Source of the DNA: an uncultured Roseburia sp.
Lineage (GTDB): Bacteria > Bacillota > Clostridia > Lachnospirales > Lachnospiraceae
DNA: 64,000 nt
NCBI GenBank assembly: GCA_900548205.1
Contig: URJS01000003.1
Location: forward strand, 7,352-71,351
Direction: 5' to 3'
This document shows positions 58,334 through 64,000 of the stretch, one piece after another. The notes below the pieces were generated by a model. It was not told the DNA's origin. It saw only the letters and a list, made by a program, of their open reading frames with translations, and made no database searches. Position 1 is the stretch's first letter. The number at the start of each line of letters is the position of its first letter. The translations under genes and the position numbers were made by a program.

Positions 58334-60595
58334 TTAATTGAGACGTCGTCCCTGACCGGTCTGCCAGTCAAAGAACCAATGTTCATCTCCGATCCATACA
58401 TCGCCTTTTGCCATAGCACCGGTTACCGGATCAAAGTATTGGCTGATGCCGTGATTATCGAGAGCGCCCCAATCCCAGCCCTTGATCATCTTGCCCCAGT
58501 TGTCATAGCGCACCCATTTTCCGGTGCCGTCATCGCGGTCTGCAAATGGTCCGGCAAAGGATTCCTGATAGACGTCCTTATTCTTTGCAACTGCGCCCTG
58601 CTGTACATTATCCAGCCAGTACCATGCGTCAGTATACGGATCGTAAATCTCCTTGCCGCGGTAATTAGGATCGTTGACGTTGTAGCCCTGTCTTGCACCT
58701 TTTTCATACCAGAACTGAGTACCGTTGGAATCGTTGCGCCAGCCGTCGATGGCAGTTCCGTCATGCTCGTCGAAGTAATAGAGCGTGTCTCCGATAGTAT
58801 GATAGCCCTTTAGCATCACACCGGTATTGTCATCATAGTATACCCATTTTTTTGCGGCGTCATTCGGGTTTGTGACCTCGTTGTTGTTTCCGTCTACCAT
58901 ATACCACTCGGTTTTCATAGCAGTATTTCCGTTAGAATCCTTCATGACATTTCCGTGTCTGTCTGTCAGGGGAACCTCCCGGCTGCGCACCTGATTGACC
59001 TCTGTGAGGCCCTTTTTCATTGCGCCTGTTGTCTCGTCAAACCACCAGTAGCCCCATTCGTTCGAGCCGTTTATGGGAGCGTGTACCTGTCCCTTTTGCA
59101 TACGCCCGAACTGATCGTAGCGCACCCACTTTCCGGTACCGTCCTGACCTTGAACCGTGTAAGGCTGATAGACATCCTTGTTGACTGCCATTTTACCATC
59201 TTCCAGACTGTCCATCCAATACCAGCCGTCTGTAGCAGGGTCATAAATTTCCTTGCCTCTGTCGGTAAGTCCCTGTCTGACATTGTTGTCGTACCAGTAG
59301 CAGACCTCTGTGCCGCCATAGGCAGGTCCCTTAAAGCTTTCCTTTTGATACCAGCCGGAGGAAACAAGAGCCGGGGTCTCCTCATGTCCGGTTAGCGGGG
59401 CATAAACTGTTTTTGTTTTTAAATCCCATACGGTTTTGATAGCGTTGGGATCGGTCAATGTGATAACTGTACCATGCCGTGTTTCCTTCAGACCGCCTTT
59501 AGTGGCGTGGGCTCTGATCTTAAACTGGTTGCCCTCCAGCCATCCGGTATATTTATCCAGCTGTCCGGTGGTAGCCGTTGACGCGATATTTACATGTACG
59601 CCTGCCTTGCCATCATGATTGTCAGGCGGATAATCCTTTAGCTTGTCGGTATACATAAAATAAGTTCCGTTGTATTTTGTGAGAGAAGGACCCTCAAATC
59701 CGGTCACAGCGTCGTCGCATACGAGCTCCCAGCTGCTTTCCTGCTGTACGGAATCGAGCGTGAGCGTCCGCGTACGCCAGATTTCGTTCGTAACGCCATC
59801 CTTTTTTACACAGAAGTAATAGTAACCGCCTTCCTTGAAAATCGAGCTGTCGATGCGGTTATGCACATCTGTGTTGTATTTTGGCAGATTGATGGGCACT
59901 GCATTGGAGTAGGTCACTATCGGTGCAGCACTTGGATTAGTAGAAGGGTCATCAGTACCAGGTTTAAGGTTGGTTAGCTGAATTAAATAAGGCTTCATTA
60001 CGTCGTTTGCGGAGGAATCATTATGGAAGTTTGCATAATATCCCATGCAGACAGTCAGCCATACCGTGCCGTCATCGTCGACGAAAAATTCCGGTGCGAC
60101 AGCATCCCATTCAGTTCCATATTTATCTGCACCGGGAGGGGCTTGTGTGACACTTACATTTTCTTGACTTCCACTGCTAGGATAACTCCAGTGAACCAAG
60201 TCCTTTGAATATCCCATCATTGGAATATAGCGCCTTTGACCAGCACTGTTGGTTTGAGAGAAGCCGGACAGCATCCAGAAGTAGCCGTCCTTGTAAATAA
60301 TACTAGGATCGTGTAGAGTAGACACCTTGTCATTTCCCTGTATCCAGTCAACATTTGGTATGTCCGGTGTAGCATCTTTATACGCCTCCGCCAATTCATA
60401 GAAGTTTATCCCGTCTGTAGACCAGTAGAGTGTGTCGGTTGTGTTGCTGTCACTCCCCCAAAAACTTCCCAGTAATAGCTCTGAGGGGTATTGCTGGGCA
60501 TGTACAACCGAAGGAGAGGTGAGTGCAAGTCCGCTTGCGGCTATGATTCCTCCCAAAAACAAGCCGAGCAGATTGCGTTTTGAACGTTTCATCAT
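58334..60595 (-). CDS. Secreted five-bladed beta-propeller glycoside hydrolase (GH43-like) with C-terminal cell-wall-binding repeats
   Basis: Signal peptide ending VHA; STDG, HDPSI, SKDLVHW, APEFF, RIDSSI, FEGPS motifs; WYW/WVRYD repeats; AGGAG RBS on - strand. Confidence 0.78.
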   Translation of the reverse strand: MMKRSKRNLLGLFLGGIIAASGLALTSPSVVHAQQYPSELLLGSFWGSDSNTTDTLYWSTDGINFYELAEAYKDATPDIPNVDWIQGNDKVSTLHDPSIIYKDGYFWMLSGFSQTNSAGQRRYIPMMGYSKDLVHWSYPSSGSQENVSVTQAPPGADKYGTEWDAVAPEFFVDDDGTVWLTVCMGYYANFHNDSSANDVMKPYLIQLTNLKPGTDDPSTNPSAAPIVTYSNAVPINLPKYNTDVHNRIDSSIFKEGGYYYFCVKKDGVTNEIWRTRTLTLDSVQQESSWELVCDDAVTGFEGPSLTKYNGTYFMYTDKLKDYPPDNHDGKAGVHVNIASTATTGQLDKYTGWLEGNQFKIRAHATKGGLKETRHGTVITLTDPNAIKTVWDLKTKTVYAPLTGHEETPALVSSGWYQKESFKGPAYGGTEVCYWYDNNVRQGLTDRGKEIYDPATDGWYWMDSLEDGKMAVNKDVYQPYTVQGQDGTGKWVRYDQFGRMQKGQVHAPINGSNEWGYWWFDETTGAMKKGLTEVNQVRSREVPLTDRHGNVMKDSNGNTAMKTEWYMVDGNNNEVTNPNDAAKKWVYYDDNTGVMLKGYHTIGDTLYYFDEHDGTAIDGWRNDSNGTQFWYEKGARQGYNVNDPNYRGKEIYDPYTDAWYWLDNVQQGAVAKNKDVYQESFAGPFADRDDGTGKWVRYDNWGKMIKGWDWGALDNHGISQYFDPVTGAMAKGDVWIGDEHWFFDWQTGQGRRLN

Positions 60596-60638
60596 CTTTT
60601 GCTCCTTTGTTTAAAATTTATTATATGGTATAATTTTT

Positions 60639-60666
60639 ATTATACAACAAAATATAATTTTTGCAA
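60639..60666 (-). promoter_or_regulatory. Putative sigma-A promoter for the GH43-like gene
   Basis: Minus strand TTGCAA-N16-TATAAT in an AT-rich intergenic region. Confidence 0.5.
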
Positions 60667-60708
60667 AGACAGGAAAACGCTATATTTTAAGGCAAGAGCG
60701 GAAAGAGA

Positions 60709-60737
60709 TTGACAGGTTTTTTGATTATGCATATAAT
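60709..60737 (+). promoter_or_regulatory. Consensus sigma-A promoter for the YfhO-like gene
   Basis: Exact TTGACA-N17-TATAAT. Confidence 0.85.
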
Positions 60738-60764
60738 AAAGGTTCGTGTATGGAGGTCGTATCA

Positions 60765-63128
60765 ATGAAAAAAATTAATTTAGATAGGAAGGAATCAAAA
60801 ATGATGAGAATGCCCTGTTGGGCTGCAGCTTTTTTGCTGAGTCTTATCGGGGCGGTGATCGCGATCCTGCCGTTTCTTCTGCGTGATGAGGGATATATCG
60901 CAATGTCGCATGATTTTACGGCGCAGGAGATCGCATTCCACACCTTTATGAACGAGACGGTAAGGTCGGGAAATTTGTTGTGGAACTGGGCAATTGATCT
61001 CGGCGGAAATTTTGTGGAGAGCTTTAGCTTTTATAATCTGGGGAGCGCCTTCTCATGGATCTCGTTTTTGTTTCCGCCTGAGCTGACGCCGCGCGTCATG
61101 GGCGTTATTATGATACTTAAGTTTGCCGTGGCGGGTGCAGCGGCAGCCGGTTATCTAAACCGTCATATCAAGAACAGGACGATCGTGCTGCTTGCATCCT
61201 TACTGTATGCATTTTCAGGCTTTCAGTGCAGCAGCGTTGTCTTTTATCATTTTCAGGATGCAGTCGCATTTTTCCCGCTTATGCTGACGGGACTGGAGCT
61301 GCTCGTGGAGGAGAAAAAGAGAGGCAGACTGCTGGCGGCATGCGTTGTCAATGTCCTCTGCAATTACAGCTTTTTTATCAGCGGCGTGATATTCCTTGTC
61401 ATCTATTATGTTGTGAAATATATGATACCCGATATACAGGCAGGAAAAAGAGGTATCAGGCATTATGCGGCTCCGATCATCGACTGTATGATCGAGGGGG
61501 CGCTTGGGTGCATGGCGGCGGGAATCCTGCTGATTCCGTCGATCATCAGCACGCTCTCCAATGAGCGGGTGACAAGTCATATCCTCGGGGAGGAGTGGCT
61601 TACAATGACGACAAAGGACTGGCTGATGCTGCTTAAGGCATTCCTGATGCCGGCGGAGACGATGGATGATTATTCCAGCGTCACAACATCAGACTGGATG
61701 ACAAATGCGGCGTATCTGCCGTTATTTAGCATTGTTTTTGTGCTTGCCTACCTGTTTAAAAAGAAGGACTGGCTCTCTCATTTGATAAAGACATGCTTTG
61801 TGATCGCATTGATTCCGGTGCTAAACAGTGTGTTTATGACATTTATGCCGGGCGGATACAGAAGATGGTACTATATGTTCATTCTGGTCATGGTGGTCGC
61901 AACGGCGAAGGTCATCGAGGCTCCAAAGGAATATCCTATAAAAAAGGCGCTTGGCGTATGGGGAGCACTGTTTGGTGTTTATCTGCTTTTGACCTGTGTA
62001 GTGCCATGGAGTGAGCAAGAGCAGAGCATTATTTATAACAGGGGCTGGTATTTGTATGGCGTCATCACTGCGTTTGTGGGCATCGTGCTTCTTTACGCGG
62101 TATTCCGGTGGGTGAAGACGAACAGAAACATGGTGCTGCTTTTGCTTGTATTTGTGTTCTCGGTCGGAACGCTGGGGGTCAATATTCATCATTACCAGTC
62201 GACAACCGATAACTCGAATCTTGATTTTAAGACTTATCCGAACAGCTATGCAAAAAATGTCGCGAATTATCTGACAGAGATACCGCAGAAATTAGACAGG
62301 GAAATATTACCTTATCGTTATTATTTTGATGAGGGAATTGGGCATACTTACTATAACCTCGAATTGATGAATTCCCTGCCGTCCATTAACTCCTTTATCA
62401 GTACGGCGCACGCGTCGATCACGGAGTTTTATGATCAGCTCGGCATCGGAAGGGGGACATGGACCAACGGAGCAGTCGGCGGAGTCAGAGAGCTGCTGTC
62501 GGCGCGTTATATCGTATCAGCGATTGAGCAGCCGGCATATACGTATCTGACTACCTTAGAAAACAGCAACGGGCAGCAGATGTATCTTTATGAAAACGAA
62601 GCTGCGCTTCCGATCGGATTTACTTATGACAGCTACATCAAGCGCAGCGAATTTGAAAATCTGGGAACGGATGTACGCGCGGTCGTGATGCTAAAAACAC
62701 TGGTCATTGAGGATGAGGATGAGGCGGAGGTAAGTAAATATCTGTTTCATTACCCGGAATACGGCGAGGTGATAAATGTGGACAGCCTGCCGGGAGCCAT
62801 TGCAGAGCGCGGCAGGGAGACGAGCGAAGAATTCCGGACAGGTGATAATTATTTTGAGTCTGTTATCACGGCGGATGCCGAAAAATATGCATTTTTCGCT
62901 GTGCCGTATGACAAATACTGGAGGGCAGAGGTAAACGGAGAGGAGCGTGAGGTTCTCAATATCAACGGGCTGATGGCGGTTCGTATTGATGGAGGAGAAA
63001 ATCGTATTTTGTTTGAATATGAGTATTTGCCGATCCAGGCAGGAGCTGTATGCAGCATTGCGGGAGTACTTGCATCCGTGCTTTATCTCATCCTTGCGGG
63101 CAGATTGGAGAAAAATAAGAGGGATTAA
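60765..63128 (+). CDS. YfhO family GT-C membrane glycosyltransferase
   Basis: HDFTAQ, WNWAIDLGGNF, FYNLGS, LLYAFSGF, VPYDKYWRAEVNG, C-terminal TM; start placed at ATG 60765 after GGAGG (ORF open from 60750). Confidence 0.85.
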   Translation: MKKINLDRKESKMMRMPCWAAAFLLSLIGAVIAILPFLLRDEGYIAMSHDFTAQEIAFHTFMNETVRSGNLLWNWAIDLGGNFVESFSFYNLGSAFSWISFLFPPELTPRVMGVIMILKFAVAGAAAAGYLNRHIKNRTIVLLASLLYAFSGFQCSSVVFYHFQDAVAFFPLMLTGLELLVEEKKRGRLLAACVVNVLCNYSFFISGVIFLVIYYVVKYMIPDIQAGKRGIRHYAAPIIDCMIEGALGCMAAGILLIPSIISTLSNERVTSHILGEEWLTMTTKDWLMLLKAFLMPAETMDDYSSVTTSDWMTNAAYLPLFSIVFVLAYLFKKKDWLSHLIKTCFVIALIPVLNSVFMTFMPGGYRRWYYMFILVMVVATAKVIEAPKEYPIKKALGVWGALFGVYLLLTCVVPWSEQEQSIIYNRGWYLYGVITAFVGIVLLYAVFRWVKTNRNMVLLLLVFVFSVGTLGVNIHHYQSTTDNSNLDFKTYPNSYAKNVANYLTEIPQKLDREILPYRYYFDEGIGHTYYNLELMNSLPSINSFISTAHASITEFYDQLGIGRGTWTNGAVGGVRELLSARYIVSAIEQPAYTYLTTLENSNGQQMYLYENEAALPIGFTYDSYIKRSEFENLGTDVRAVVMLKTLVIEDEDEAEVSKYLFHYPEYGEVINVDSLPGAIAERGRETSEEFRTGDNYFESVITADAEKYAFFAVPYDKYWRAEVNGEEREVLNINGLMAVRIDGGENRILFEYEYLPIQAGAVCSIAGVLASVLYLILAGRLEKNKRD

Positions 63129-63325
63129 TGTTGTAATTTAGCAAAAACAGGCAGGTATCTGGTATTTTTCTACTTGCCTTTTGTCGAACTATAAGTTATA
63201 GTAGGCAGTAAAGTAAGGTCGTAGAAAAGCGATAGAAAGAGAAAAATATCAGCAGGTGTGTAATTGGGAGACAGATACACAGACGCTGTCTTGGCAAGAA
63301 AATATTGACATGAGAGGAATGCGAT

Positions 63326-64000
63326 ATGAAAGTAGTAATACTGGCAGGCGGATTTGGAACAAGGATCAGTGAGGAAAGTCACTTAAAACCAAAGCCAATG
63401 ATCGACATCGAAGGAAAGCCGATACTCTGGCATATCATGAAGGAGTATTCTTACTATGGTTATAATGACTTTATCATATGTGCGGGCTATAAGCAGCATG
63501 TGATCAAGGAGTGGTTTGCAGATTATTATCTGCATAACAGCGACATTACGTTTGATTTTTCTAACGGCGGAAAGATGGAAGTGCACAGCAACGTGGCAGA
63601 GCCGTGGAGGGTGACGATCATCGATACCGGGTTGGAGACGATGACAGGAGGACGCGTCAAGCGCATCCGCGATTATGTTGGCGACGAGACGTTTATGATG
63701 ACGTACGGGGACGGCGTGTGCGACGTCAATATTAAGGAATTGGTAGAGTTCCATAAGAAAAAGGGAAAGACTGCAACGCTGACGGCGGTGCGTGTGGGAC
63801 AGCGTTTTGGCGTCTTGGATATAGACGCCAAGGATGAGATCAAGGCATTCCGTGAGAAATCAGAAGCGGATGGCGCGCGGATCAATGCAGGTTATATGGT
63901 GCTTGAACCGGAGATTTTTGATTATATCGACGGGGACGCAACGGTATTTGAAAAAGAGCCGTTAGAGAGGCTGGCTGCAAAGGGAGAACTGGCGGCATAT
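63326..64000 (+). CDS. rfbF: Glucose-1-phosphate cytidylyltransferase (runs off window end; absent from the ORF track)
   Basis: Read directly: MKVVILAGGFGTRISEESHLKPKPMIDIEGKPILWHIMK...DTGLETMTGGRVKR...FMMTYGDG. Confidence 0.93.
   Translation, partial: MKVVILAGGFGTRISEESHLKPKPMIDIEGKPILWHIMKEYSYYGYNDFIICAGYKQHVIKEWFADYYLHNSDITFDFSNGGKMEVHSNVAEPWRVTIIDTGLETMTGGRVKRIRDYVGDETFMMTYGDGVCDVNIKELVEFHKKKGKTATLTAVRVGQRFGVLDIDAKDEIKAFREKSEADGARINAGYMVLEPEIFDYIDGDATVFEKEPLERLAAKGELAAY

Noticed and set aside
58334..60595. The inverted GH43-like gene as an invertible or mobile cassette
   Set aside because: I saw no flanking inverted or direct repeats and no recombinase. It shares its repeat module with the neighbouring gene, which suggests long residence.
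1..64000. tRNA, rRNA, riboswitch, prophage or defence genes
   Set aside because: Intergenic spaces are short and none showed a recognisable RNA-gene pattern by eye. A c-di-AMP riboswitch upstream of 5474 is not supported. An Rfam or tRNAscan run would be needed to exclude these formally.

Overview
This window looks like the chromosome of a Lachnospiraceae-type (Clostridia) bacterium, inferred from gene content and order. Nearly all genes are on the + strand. 1-10.9 kb is housekeeping: SEC-C-type map, a Crp/Fnr regulator, aroE, aroK, comF, yvyF, two membrane proteins, cdaA-cdaR-glmM and an HPr. From 10.9 kb to beyond the window end is one very large surface-glycan locus. It holds dTDP-L-rhamnose genes, three apparent assembly routes (an ABC exporter with a Wzt C-terminal domain and a split methyltransferase/kinase pair, a Wzx/Wzy system, and an ABC-exported galactofuranan with glf and two GlfT2-like enzymes), two priming transferases, an ACP-FkbH-VioB-like acylation cassette, several GT-C-like membrane proteins, two secreted glycoside hydrolases sharing an unusual cell-wall-binding repeat, and the start of rfbF. 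The most novel-looking elements are three paralogous two-gene DUF6077-like + partner modules resembling a split GT-C/STT3-like transferase, the probable N-glyceroyl amino-sugar cassette, and the shared anchoring repeat. I found no RNA genes, CRISPR arrays or mobile elements. All calls come from motif recognition by eye; no searches were run.
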